Shown: positions 12,511 to 26,174 of the stretch, piece by piece
Layout: every line of letters starts with the position of its first letter
How positions within the stretch are numbered: the first letter of the stretch is position 1
DNA from: Eledone cirrhosa
Lineage: Eukaryota
DNA length: 64,000 bases
Direction: 5' to 3'
Assembly: GCA_964016885.1 (NCBI GenBank)
Contig: OZ024751.1
Coordinates: 50,902,001 to 50,966,000 of the forward strand
The notes under the pieces: model-generated
What the model was told of the DNA's origin: nothing
Databases searched by the model: none
Seen by the model: the letters and a program-made list of their open reading frames with translations, nothing else
Position numbers and translations under genes: made by a program

Positions 12511-14904
12511 ATCATCATCATCATTTTACGTCCGCTTTTCCCTGCTTGCAAGGGTGGGACGGGTCTTATTCAGCACAGCATCTCTCCACTCGTCACGGTC
12601 CCTCGTCACCACCGTGAGCTTCATCAATGATCTGAGGTCTGTTCTCACCACCTCCGCCCATGTTTTTCGTGGTCTACCTCTACCACGTCTTCCTTCAACT
12701 GGCATTTCCTGGCACTTCTTCACCCATCAGTCATCCTCCATGCGCATCACATGTCCATACCACCTCAGTCTCCTCTCCCGTACACTACATTCTATCCCTC
12801 TCAGACACAGTTTCTCTCTCAACACATTTATGCTGGGTCGTTCACGCACATTTACACTGCACATCCAACGGAGCATGCTTGCCTCATTTCTCTCCAGCCG
12901 TCGCATATCCTCTGCTGTTGCTGCCCATGTCTCACTACCATGCAGCATCGCGCTCCTCACACAGGCATCATACAACCGGCCTTTCGTATGCAGGGAGAAA
13001 CCCTTCTTCGTCAACAGAGGAAGCAGCTCCCTAAACTTCTTCCAACCCGTCCTTATTCTAGATACTATGGCCTCGGAACACTCTCCTCCCATGCTAATCT
13101 GATCTCCTAGGTACCAGAAGCTATCCACCACTTCTATAGCGCCCTCTCGCATTGAAAAATGTGTCTATCAGTGCGACTTCTACTGTCTAATTTCCCTGTA
13201 CATGTACTGCATACATATTTCTCCCTACCTGTTAGTTTGCCTGCTATCCCGCTACATCTGTTGTGTACCCAGGACCTGCATTGTGTGCATTTTATAGAAT
13301 TTATGCCAGTTCCTTTTCTGCATATCGAACATGGCCATTTCCCTGACGGAATCAGGGTTTTGTCCTCTTTTCTACTCATCAACACTTTTGTCTTAGCTAG
13401 AGTTACTCTCAGTCCTCTTGCTTCCAACTGCTGTTTCCATAGCCGGAATTTATTCTGTAGCTCCTCTACTGATTCTGCCATAAGAGACAGATCGTCAGCA
13501 TAGAGAAGTTCCCATGGACAGCCAGTCTTAAACTCCTCTGTTATGGCTTGGAGGACTATAATGAACAAGAGCGGGCTGAGGACCGAACCCTGATGTACTC
13601 CTACTTGTATCTGGAATTCCTCACTAAACTCCATTCCTACCCTGACTTTACTGAGAGTACCTCTGTACAAAGTTTGCACTGTCCTCACAAGCCATTCCTC
13701 AACACCCAGCTTCCTTAGGGACCACCAGATGACAGATCGGGGTACCCTATCAAAGGCCTTCTCTAGGTCAACAAAGGCTAAGTATAGTGGCTTATTCTTC
13801 TCTAAGAACCTCTCTTGCATTTGTCTCACCAAGAAGAGGGCATCTGTTGTACTCTTCCCAGGCACAAAACCAAACTGCATCTCATCTAGTTTGACCCTTT
13901 CTCTAATTAGTTGTGCTAAAATCCTTTCTGCCACTTTCATAACCTGATCTATCAGTTTTATACCCCTATAATTGCTCCTCTCCAAAGCATCCCCTTTACC
14001 TTTGTAGCAATTTATGAGAATACTGCTGCACCAGTCTTTGGGTATGACACCACCATATATAGCCTGATTGATGATGCGTGCAACCAGTTTAGTGCCTACG
14101 TCCCCTGATGCCTTCAGCATCTCAGCAACTATTCCCGATGGTCCGGCCGCCTTACCATTTTTCATTTCCCTAATCGCCTCTTGGACTCTATATTCGTCAA
14201 TCTCAATAGCTGGTCCCTCTGTCGGATCTACCAAGGGTAATTTCTCTCTCTCCCATTCGTTCTCCACATTCATCAGTCTCTCATAATGACATTTCCAGGC
14301 CTCCTTTTTCTGGTCATTCGTGACACTAAGTACACCGGCATCATCCCGGACACATTTATCACCAACAGCATCCTGATTTGCATTGACACACTGCCTTGCA
14401 ATGTGGAACACCGCACGCCTCTGATCTTCCCGTCGCAGAACATTGGCAAACCTCCTACTCTCTGCCTCCCTGCGTGCTAAGTACACCTGACGTCTAGCTT
14501 CTCTCTTAGTGGCTGTATATTCTTCCCTACTCCCACCCTTATTCCAAGCCTTCCATGCTAGTCTTTTGTCTCTAATAGCCTTATCTACACTGCTGTTCCA
14601 CCACCAGGTCACTCTCTGTCTGGTTGGGGCTCTGCTCCAGCCACAAGTTTCATCAGTAGCCTTCAGCAAGTTGTCACGTAAGAACTTCCAGTTATTATCT
14701 ATGTCATACGTCTCTAAATCGTCTTCTTTTTCGTCATATACATCTTGAAGGGCTTTCCTAAATTTGAATTTTAGTGAAAGGTCTTTTAGCTTCCAGACCT
14801 TTCTTCTCCACACCTTCCTATATGTCTCATTCCATCTCTTGCTTACTGAGATATCACTAACAACTAACCTATGCTGTGGGGTACATTCTTCCCCAGGGTA
14901 TGCC
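12511..14904 (-). mobile_element. RTE LINE family A, 5'-truncated (RT + PHD), frameshifted near 13150 and in the 3' part
   Basis: ORFs 13134-14813 and 12727-13152: NYRGIKL, QFGF, FVDLEKAFDRV, GVHQGSVLSP, YADD; (GAT)n tail. Confidence 0.95.
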
Positions 14905-14915
14905 TATATATATGC

Positions 14916-14998
<83 letters not shown>

Positions 14999-15211
14999 TA
15001 TATATATATATATATATATGCATATATATATATATATATGCATATATATATATATATGCATATATATATATATATATATACATATGCATATATATATACA
15101 TATATATATATATATGCATATATATATATATGCATATATATATATATATATATGCATATATATATATATGCATATATATATACATATGCATATATATATA
15201 TATATATATGC

Positions 15212-15243
<32 letters not shown>

Positions 15244-15245
15244 GC

Positions 15246-15277
<32 letters not shown>

Positions 15278-15496
15278 GCATATATATATATATATATATA
15301 TATGCATATATATATATATATATATATATATGCATATATATATATGCATATATATATATATATATATATATGCATATATATATATATATATATGCATATA
15401 TATATATGCATATATATATATATATATATATATATGCATATATATATATATATATATGCATATATATATATATATATATATATATGCATATATATA
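14905..15496. repeat. TGCA(TA)n compound microsatellite
   Basis: Seen directly. Confidence 0.95.
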
Positions 15497-17726
15497 TCAT
15501 CATCATCATCATCATCAGGTTTAGCGTCCTTGTTCCACGCTTGCATGGGTTTGGACGGGGGTTTTCCCACTTGAGGCAAGAGTGGTTGTCTTGCTCGCAT
15601 AGGACTGTCTGGCGGGTTTTCTACAGTTGGATGCCCTTCCTAACACCAACCACATTTACAGTGTGGGGCTGAGAGGTTTTTACCGTGTTGCCTACACGGC
15701 CACATTACATCGTGGACTGTCTGGCGGGTTTTCTACAGCTGGATGCCCTTCCTAACACCAACCACATTTACAGTGTGGGGCTGAGAGGTTTTTACCGTAT
15801 TGCCTACACGGCCACATTTACAGCGTGGACTGTGTGTTTTTTGTCGTGACACCTACACGATCTCATTTGTTTCGGCCTGGATGTTGTGGGACCAACATAA
15901 CTTTACATTGAAAGGGGCGGTGTGGGTGGGGTGGAGGTGGTGGGACGGGGGTGTGTTTTGATAGAGATGCCTACTGACTGTAGTAGGTTTTTACTTTGTA
16001 TTTAGGTAAGGCGGGTCTTCTCTATTACTGAGTACCGCCAAAGGTCTCGGTCCAGTGACATTGTCTTGGAGAGGTGTAAGCGTGTGAGGTCGGAATTTAT
16101 CAGCTCGTCCCATGTTTTTCTGGGTCTGCCTACTCCGTGGCTACCGTCTATCTTTATTGCCCTGCACTTTGTTATACAGCTGTCGTCTTTCATGCGCATC
16201 ACGTGACCGTACCAACGTAGCCTTCTCTCGAGTAAACAACATCTGATCCCTCTTATTTCTAATATTTTCCTTAGTTCGTTTATGCTTTGCCGTTCACGTA
16301 TATTACTATTGCACATCCAGCGGAGCATGCAAGCTTCGTTCCTCTCTAGTCTGCGTATATCCTCTGCACACAATGCCCAGGTCTCACTGACATGCAGCAT
16401 TGCTGTTCGTATGCAGGCATCGTATAACCTGCCTTTCATTTTTAGGGAGAACCCTCTAGCGGCTAATAGTGGTATAAGCTCTCTGAACTTTTTCCATCCA
16501 GTTCTGACTCTAGCTACTGTACTTTCAGAGCACCCTCCCCCACTGCTGATTTTGTCACCCAGATAACGGAAGCTGTCCACTATATATATAGAACCCTCTG
16601 CGCAGTTGAAGGAGCTAGTATTTTGTGGGCACTTGCTGCTACTTATTGCACCAGAGCACCGGCCACATGTAAAATCTATGTTCTTAGTTAGCTTACCTGT
16701 GATCCCACTACATCTTTTATGCACCCATACTTTGCATTTGGGACATAAAATGGAGTTTCTACCTATGCCTTTCCTACACACTGAGCATGGCCATTTCCCA
16801 GATGGGACCGCTGCCTTATTTTCTTTCCTACAAACTAGAACTTTAGTCTTAGCCAGGTTAATTTTAAGGCCTTTTGATTCTAGGCCGTGCTTCCATGTTT
16901 GGAATTTCTTCTCTAGTTCGGTCATTGATTCAGCTATGAGCGTTAGATCATCTGCGTATAGGAGTTCCCATGGGCAGCCGGTCTTGAACTCCTGTTGTAG
17001 CCTGAAGGGCAATAATAAATAGTAGGAGGCTAAGAACAGAGCCCTGATGGACACCAACTTTTACTATATTCATTGTTAATTCTAACCTTACTGACTGTTT
17101 CTTTATACATGGCTTGTATAGCTCTCACAAGCCATTCGTCAACACCTAGTTTTCTAAGAGACCACCAGATAATGGAACGGGGGACTCTGTCGAAGGCTTT
17201 CTCCAAGTCGACGAAAGCTAAGTATAGGGGTTTACTTTTAGCTAGGTACTTCTCCTGTAGTTGTCGTACAATGAAAAGAGCGTCTGTGGTACTTTTGCCT
17301 GACACAAACCCGAACTGCATTTCATCTAGATCAATTCTCTCTCTGATTAGTTGCGCTATTACTTTTTCCGTGACCTTCATGACCTGGTCGATTAATTTAA
17401 TGCCTCTATAGTTACTCCTATCTAGGGCATCTCCTTTTCCCTTATAGCAGTTAACGATGATGCTGCTACGCCATTCCTTCGGAACAACCCCATTCTGTAC
17501 GACTTGGTTAACTATCCGGGTGACCATGGTGTGTCCCACCGAACCAGATGCCTTCAGCATCTCAGCAACTATTTCCGAAGGCCCAGCCGCCTTACCCGTC
17601 TTCATATCTTTGATTGCCTTACTTATTATACTACCTTCAACTAACACTGCTGGTCCCTCTATTGGATCGATCTGGGGGAGACTGTCTTTCTCCCATTTGT
17701 TCTCCTCATTTAGAAGCCTTTCGTAG
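15497..17726 (-). mobile_element. RTE LINE family B, 5'-truncated, frameshifted
   Basis: ORFs 17030-17726 and 16002-17057 carry RT motifs and the PHD; long 3' UTR with an internal duplicated unit; (GAT)n tail. Confidence 0.95.
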
Positions 17727-17751
17727 CATATATATATATATATGTTATGTA

Positions 17752-17795
<44 letters not shown>

Positions 17796-17800
17796 ATGTA

Positions 17801-17852
<52 letters not shown>

Positions 17853-17899
17853 ATGTATGCATATATATATATATATGTTATGTATGCATATATATATAT

Positions 17900-20800
17900 A
17901 GCGGAGATGCTGGAGATGCATGTGGATGTGTGCTGCATGCAAGAGGCGAGATGGAGAGGTGCCTCTGCGAGACTAGTCGTAGGCAAACGTCTTAGCTATA
18001 GGCTATTCTGGGTAGGTAAGGATGATGGGTTAGGGGGAGTCGGCATTTTCCTGGCTGAGAAATGGATCAATAAGACATTAGAGGTAGTTCGAGTTAGTAA
18101 TCGAATAATTAAGCTTAGATTAGTTGTAGGTAGGAGACTACTGACAATCATCTCGGTCTATGCTCCCCAAGCAGGCCTAGGCAAAGATGAGAAAGACTGC
18201 TTTTATGAGCAACTTTTCCAAACAACCACAATGACAGAGGACGGAGACATTGTTATGCTAGCAGGAGACTTCAATGGTCATGTTGGACAGCTCCAGGATG
18301 GTTACGCTGGGGTACATGGTGGGCACGGTTACGGTTTAAGAAATGAAGAAGGAGTGAGACTTCTTGAATTTTGTGATGCAGGTACATTGACTATTTGCAA
18401 CACAAACTTCCAGAAACCTGCCAATCACCTAATAACCTACAAATCTGGTGAGCACATAAGCCAGATTGACTTTTTACTAGTTAGGCAGTGGGACAGGCAG
18501 ATAGTGTCTAATACCAAGGCATACCCTGGGGAAGAATGTACCCCACAGCATCGGTTAGTTGTTAGTGATATCTCATTAAGCAAGAGATGGAATGAGACAT
18601 ATAGGAAGGTGTGGAGAAGAAAGGTCTGGAAGCTAAAAGACCTTTCACTAAAATACAAATTTAGGAAAGCCCTTCAAGATGTATATGATGAAAAAGAAGA
18701 CGATTTAGAGACGTATGACATAGATAATAACTGGAATTTCCTACGTGACAACTTGCTGCAGGCTACTGATGAAACTTGTGGTTGGAGCTCTGCTCCAGAC
18801 AGAGAGTGACCTGGTGGTGGAACAGCACAGTAGATAAGGCTATTAGAGACAAAAGACTAGCATGGAATGCTTGGAAAAAAGGTGGGAGTAGGGAAGAATA
18901 TACAGCCACTAAGAGTGAAGCTAGACGTCAGGTGTACTTACCACGCAGGGAGGCAGAGAGTAGGAGGTTTGCCAATGTTCTGTGACGGGAAGATCAGAGG
19001 CGTGCGGTGTTCCACATTAAAAGGCAGTGTGTCAATGCAAATCAAGATGTTGTTGGAGATAAATGTGTCCGGGATGATGCCGGTGTACTTAGTGTCACGA
19101 ATGATCAGAGAAAGGAGGCCTGGAAATGTCATTATGAGAGACTGATGAATGTGGAGAACAAATGGGAGAGAGAGAAATTACACTTGGTAGATCCGACAGA
19201 GGGACCAGCTATTTAGATTGACGAATATAGGGTCCAAGAGGCGATTAGGGAAATGAAAAATGGTAAGGCTGCCGGACCATCGGGAATAGTTGCTGAGATG
19301 CTGAAGGCATCAGGGGACGTAGGCACTAAACTGGTTGCACGCATCATCAATCAGGCTATATATGGTGGTGTCATACCCAAAGACTGGTGCAGCAGTATTC
19401 TCATAAATTGCTACAAAGGTAAAGGGGATGCTTTGGAGAGGTGCAATTATAGGGGTATAAAACTGATAGATCAGGTTATGAAGGGGCAGAAAGGATTTTT
19501 GCACAACTAACTAGAGAAAGGGTCAAACTAGATGAGATGCAGTTTGGTTTTGTGCCTGGGAAGAGTACAACAGATGCCCTCTTCTTGGTGAGACAATTGC
19601 AAGAGAGGTTCTTAGAGAAGCATAAGCCACTATACTTAGCCTTTGTTGACCTAGAGAAAGCCTTTGATAGGGTACCCCGATCTGTCATCTGGTGGTCCCT
19701 AAGGAAGCTAGGTGTTGAGGAATGGCTTGTGAGGACAGTGCAAACTTTGTACAGAGGTACTCTCAGTAAAGTCAGGGTAGGAATGGAGTTTAGTGAGGAA
19801 TTCCAGATACAAGTAGGAGTACATCAGGGGTCGGTCCTCAGCCCGCTCTTGTTCATTATAGTCCTCCAAGCCATAACAGAGGAGTTTAAGACTGGCTGTC
19901 CATGGGAACTTCTCTATGCTGACGATCTGGTTCTTATAGCAGAATCAGTAGAGGAGCTACAGAATAAATTCTGGCTATGGAAACAGCAGTTGGAAGCAAG
20001 AGGACTGAGAGTAAATCTAGCTAAGACAAAAGTGTTGATGAGTAGAAAAGAGGATAAAACCCTGATTCCGTCAGGGAAATGGCCATGTTCGATATGCAGA
20101 AAAGGAACTGGCATAAATTCTATAAAATGCACACAATGCAGATCCTGGGTACACAACAGATGTAGCGGGATAGCAGGCAAACTAACAGGTAGGGAGAAAT
20201 ATGTATGCAGTAGATGTACAGGGAAATTAGACAGTAGAAGTCGCATTGATAGACACATTTTTCAAATGCAGGAGTGCGCTATAGAAGTGGTGGATAGCTT
20301 CCGGTACCTAGGAGATCAGATTAGCATGGGAGGAGGGTGTTCTGAGGCCATAGTATCTAGAATAAGGACGGGTTGGAAGAAATTTACGGAGCTGCTTCCT
20401 CTGTTGACGAAGAAAGGTTTCTCCCTGCGTACGAAAGGCCGGTTGTATGATGCCTGTGTGAGGAGCACGATGCTGCATGGTAGTGAGACATGGGCAGTAA
20501 CTGCAGAGGACATGCGACGGCTGGAGAGAAATGAGGCAAGCATGCTCCATTGGATGTGCAGTGTAAATGTGTGTGAACGACCCAGCTTAAATGCGTTGAG
20601 AGAAACTGTGTCTGAGAGGGATAGAATGTAGTGTACGGGAGAGGAGACTGCGGTGGTATGGACATGTGATGCGCATGGAGGATGACCGATGGGTGAAGAA
20701 GTGCCAGGAATTGCCAGTTGAAGGAAGACGTGGTAGAGGTAGACCACAAAAAACATGGGCGGAGGTGGTGAGAACAGATCTCAGATCATTGAAGCTCACG

Positions 20801-20904
20801 GTGGAGATGACGAGGGACCGTGACGAGATGCTGTGCTGAATAAGACCCGTCCCACCCTTGCAAGCAGGGAAAAGCGGACGTAAAATGATGATGATGATGA
20901 TGAT
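17900..20904 (+). mobile_element. RTE LINE family A, near full length (APE + RT + PHD) with several frameshifts/stops
   Basis: APE motifs VCCMQEARW, SVYAPQ, GDFNGHVG, QIDF, QHRLV; RT YADD in ORF 19537-20631; (GAT)n tail. Confidence 0.95.
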
Positions 20905-20916
20905 ATATGTTATGTA

Positions 20917-20953
<37 letters not shown>

Positions 20954-21013
20954 TATGTATGTATATATATATATATATATTATGTATATATATATATATA
21001 TATATATATTATG

Positions 21014-21044
<31 letters not shown>

Positions 21045-21048
21045 TATG

Positions 21049-21079
<31 letters not shown>

Positions 21080-21083
21080 TATG

Positions 21084-21114
<31 letters not shown>

Positions 21115-21118
21115 TATG

Positions 21119-21149
<31 letters not shown>

Positions 21150-21153
21150 TATG

Positions 21154-21244
<91 letters not shown>

Positions 21245-21259
21245 ATGTATGTATGTATG

Positions 21260-21310
<51 letters not shown>

Positions 21311-21339
21311 TATGTATATATATATATATATATTATGTA

Positions 21340-21385
<46 letters not shown>

Positions 21386-21698
21386 GTATGCATATATATA
21401 TATATGTTATGTATGCATATATATATGTTATGTATGCATATATATCTTATGTATGCATATATATATATATATATTATGTATGCATATATATGTTATGTAT
21501 GCATATATATATATATATATTTATTTATTAAAATAACAGATTAAAGTTTAAGCAAAGAATCGCTGCATATATATATTTATCCTTATCCAGCCATCTTTGG
21601 ATTTTAGTCTTCAAATTTATTATTATTACTATTATTATTATATATATATATATATATATATAATGTATGTATATATATATATATATATATATTATGTA

Positions 21699-21732
<34 letters not shown>

Positions 21733-21844
21733 GTATGCATATATATATATATATATATATATATTATGTATGCATATATATATATATATATATTATGCAT
21801 GCATATATATATATGCATATATATATTATGCATGCATATATATG
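20905..21844. repeat. TTATGTATG(CA)(TA)n compound repeat containing the family 2 relic at 21522-21640
   Basis: Seen directly. Confidence 0.93.
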
Positions 21845-22861
21845 TATCGATGAACACCAGAGTGTAATGTTCATCGATACAACCCCTAGAGGCGAACTAG
21901 CCTACAAATTTAGAAGGGCCCTAAATAAACATAAACTCAATATTAAGATAGTAGAAAGACCAGGTACCTCCGTAAAAACACTTATTAGCAAGACATACCC
22001 TTTCCAAAGACCCTCATGTATAGATAAGAAATGTATAACCTGTAAAATAAGCCCCCATATTAACTGTAAAACTAGAAATGTAGTGTATAGCATAAGATGT
22101 ACTGAAGGACAATGTAGAAACAAAAATATAGTGTACATAGGTGAGACAGCTCGTAGTATAGGGGAACAGATAAATGAACACTGGCGAGACCTTCAAGATA
22201 ATAAAGAATCATCTGTACTCTACCAACATGCTAAGATAGAACACAAGGGTAAATTAGAGAACATAGAAATAAAAATAGAATCTACACACAGAAAAGATGC
22301 AATGTTTAGACAAATTACAGTGGAAATAAACATAAAAGAATTACAACCAAAACTAAATAGAAAATATGAGTGGAACAGCAACATCACAACTTACAATTAA
22401 GGACAAAATGAAAACACACACACACATAGAACAAATAACTAACCAATAACATGTAAATAAATAAATAAATAAACAAATAGATAAATGAACATAAACACAC
22501 ACAGACACCCGGATGTGGCGCATGCGCAAACTGAGCACACAACACACACACAGAAACAAAATGACGTAGGACAGAACAAAGGAGAGGCACGGAGACAAAG
22601 AAAGGAATCCCCAGTCACTGAAGAGGTCACAGAGTGTGTGACGAAAGGACTATGACTATATATAAACAACTATCTGGTTGTGGAACCAACCAACCAACCA
22701 GAAATTTATAAATTTGTAAATTTATAAATATATAATAAATTGAAGTGAAAGCAACTGGTGCGTGTGTTTCTTATTGGCAACATGACCCTCCCAAAGTATA
22801 ACAATATCGGTTTCAACACACGATTTCAGATAAAGAATCTTGCTAAACAAATTCAGAAACG

Positions 22862-22863
<2 letters not shown>
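21845..22863 (+). mobile_element. Penelope-like element (Neptune-like), 5'-truncated: Cys-rich linker, C-terminal GIY-YIG endonuclease and pseudo-LTR
   Basis: SCIDKKCITCK..INCKTRNVVYSIRC...VYIGETARSIGEQINEH...LYQHAKIEH..VE..I..LQPKLNR; stop at 22400; 3' region shared with 62050-62740. Confidence 0.9.
22613..22657 (+). ncRNA. Minimal type I hammerhead ribozyme in the PLE pseudo-LTR
   Basis: AGUCA-CUGAAGA-g-GUCACA(gagug)UGUGAC-GAAA-GGAC-UA-UGACU: stem I, core, stem II, short stem III and CUA cleavage triplet. Confidence 0.8.
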
Positions 22864-22909
<46 letters not shown>

Positions 22910-22912
<3 letters not shown>

Positions 22913-24207
22913 GGCCGAACTTGAGAAGAAATTCCAAACATGGAAGCATGGCCTAGAATCAAAAGGCCTTAAAATTAACCTGTCTAAGACTAAAGTTCTA
23001 GTTTGTAGGAAGGAACATAGGGCGCCGGTCCCATCCGGGAAATGGCCATGCTCAGTGTGTAGAAAAGGAGTAGGTAGAAACTCCATTTTATGTCCCAAAT
23101 GCAAAGTATGGGTGCATAAAAGATGTAGTGGGATCACAGGTAAGCTAACTAAGAACATAGATTTTACATGTGGCCGGTGCTCTGGGGCAATAAGTAGCAG
23201 CAAGTGCCCACAAAATACTAGCTCTTTCAACTGCGCAGACGGTTCTATAGAAATAGTGGACAGCTTCCGTTACCTGGGTGACAAAATCAGCAGTGGGGGA
23301 GGGTGCTCTGAAAGTACAGTAGCTAGAGTCAGAACTGGATGGAAAAAGTTCAGAGAGCTTATACCACTATTAGCCGCTAAAGGGTTCTCCCTAAAAATGA
23401 AAGGCAGGCTGTATGATGCCTGCATACGAACAGCAATGTTGCATGGCAGTGAGACCTGGGCATTGTGTGCAGAGGATATACGCAGACTGGAGAGGAACGA
23501 AGCTTGCATGCTCCGCTGGATGTGTAATAGTAATATACGTGAACGGCAAAGCATAAACGAACTAAGGGAAAAATTAGAAATAAGAGGGATCAGATGTTTA
23601 CTCGAGAGAAGGCTACGTTGGTATGGTCACGTGATGCGCATGAAAGACGACAGCTGTATAAAAAAGTGCAGGGCAATAAAAATAGACGGTAGCCACGGAG
23701 TAGGCAGACCCAGAAAAACCTGGGACGACTTGATAAATTCCGACCTCACACACTTACACCTCTCCAAGACAATGTCACTGGACCGAGAGCTTTGGCGCTA
23801 CACAGTAATAGAGAAGACCCGCCTTACCTAAGTACAAAGTGAAACCTACTACAGTCAGTAGGCACCTTAACAAAATACACTCCCCGCCCCACTACCCCCA
23901 CCCCATCCACACCACCCCTTTCAATGTAAAGTTATGTTGGTACATCCAGCTCGAAACAAATGAGGTTGTGTAGGTGTCACGACAAAAACACACAGTCCAC
24001 ACTGTAATGTGGCCGTGTACTTAACACGGTAAAACCTCCCAGTTCCACACTGTAAATGTGATTGGTGTTAGGAAGGGCATCCAGCTGTAGAAAACCCGCC
24101 AGACAGTCCTATACGAGCAAGACAACCACTCTTGCCTCAAGTGGGAAAACTCCCGTCCAAACCCATGCAAGCGTGGAATATGGACGTTAAACGATGATGA
24201 TGATGAT
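22910..24207 (+). mobile_element. RTE LINE family B, 5'-truncated
   Basis: ORF to 23831 from AELEKKFQTWK through the PHD to EKTRLT*; 3' UTR; (GAT)n tail. Confidence 0.95.
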
Positions 24208-26119
24208 ATGTATGCATATATATATATATATATATGTTATGTATGCATATATATATTTAAATATTTAAAACCCAGAATAGCAATATGATCAAATCAATGG
24301 TAAAAACAAAACAAACACAAATCATAGAATTTAGAAAAACAAAACCAAAGATAAAAGGGAAGAAAATCTGCTACCATGGAAACAAACTGTTTACCAGAAA
24401 AAATATATGTTGGCGCTATAAAAGATAAAATGTGGTGTGTTAAGAGAATACTAGATCAATGTTTCAAACAATAAAATTGTGTATGCAGTAGAAAGGATAA
24501 TGGTTCCGTTATTTTTTTCAAGATATTCATTCTAGCTCTCTATGTTCTAATCATGCTGGGGTCAGCTTTGCCTTTCATTCTTTTGACTTTGTTAAAAAAA
24601 TAAAAAATTTGTTTAAGTAGCAATCAAGTAGTGGGGACGATTCTTCCTCTTGAGATCTTTCTCGTTTCCTTTCTATCACACTCTCTTATTCTCTGAAAGG
24701 AATTAACTGTGTCCAGCCAACCCTGGAGGGACAGGCTCTGCCATGTTTAAAGGTGCCCAAGAATCATTGTATGTCACTATGGTGCCTCTATGATTCCACC
24801 AAAGGTTATAAGTCCATACAGTATATGGAAGTTTATTTTTCCATATAAATTATATGAAGGTAGCACAATCTTTTCAATGATTAAAGCCTCTACAGTTCTT
24901 AATCTGACCCTGGATGATGAAGAGCAGCAACCATGATCTCTTGACCCTACATTGTCCCCCACACTTTTAACCAATCACTTTACAGTGTGTTCACTGCGTG
25001 TATATTAACAGAGGCACTGACATTAACAAGGTTGTGTCATGTCCTCGACAAGACTAAAGGGTCTCCTCGACCCTACCTTATCTTGAACACAGAATGCAAG
25101 GAGCTGGAATAACTACTGCACAGCATTTCATTTGGTGTTCTTAACACTTCTGCTAATTCAACCTATCCTGGCAATCTCTCTATTACCTATTCCTTATAAT
25201 TTAGAAGAAGAAAAAAAATCTTTTTTTTTTTCTATCTAAATTCTTCAATCGCAGAAGACATTTCTTTCCCCACAAAATGTGGTTTAGGGCGCCGCAAACA
25301 TTTCTCTACCCCACTCCTTGTCTTTTTTTTTTTTTTAATATATTTGTTTTTACTCTTGTATTTTCTTTATTATTTAAGTACAGAGGTTGAAATAACCAAT
25401 ATTCCCCTCCCCCAAAATTGCTAGCCTTGTGCCTAATGTAAAAACAATCATTATTATTATTACAACCCTTGTGGTTAATAAAGAAAGCATTATTTACCAG
25501 TAATACACTGGGATACTTGCTGGCCTTGTGCCAAAAGTAGAAACTTATTATTATTATCTCTTCCCTTTGTTTATTAAAATGAAAGCAGATGGTTATATTT
25601 TATTTCTACTTTATTCTTGCGGAATTTCGATATTTTTCATTCTACTTCTTTGAACAAGTGGGTGAGTAGTGGGGGTGTGTGTTGGGGTGGGTAGTGGAGA
25701 TGTGTGTGTTTGGATGGGTAGTGGAGATGTGTGTTTGGATGGGTAATGGATGCCTATGTGGGTGGATGGGTAGGTGAGTGAATGGCTGGTATTTATTGAT
25801 TTCCTGTTTGACTCCGCCCGAGAGAATATTTTTAATTGCAATATTGCAATCGTCTCGAATCTCACGCTGTCTTGCATTCATCCTTACCATCTATACCAAT
25901 TCCACATGACCCTGAAACCTTTTACCCAAAAATTACCTCTTATCAAAAGAAATAAAATAATTAAATTAAAAAAATTGAATTTGAAACATCCAAATATTTT
26001 TCACCTACACTACTCAACTTCCTCTCTATTTCTTTTTTTTCCTTCTTCCCCTATTTATCTCTCCTTCATTCTTCCTTTTCTTTATATTTCTCACTATCCT
26101 CTTCTCCCCCAGAATAGAA

Positions 26120-26174
<55 letters not shown>

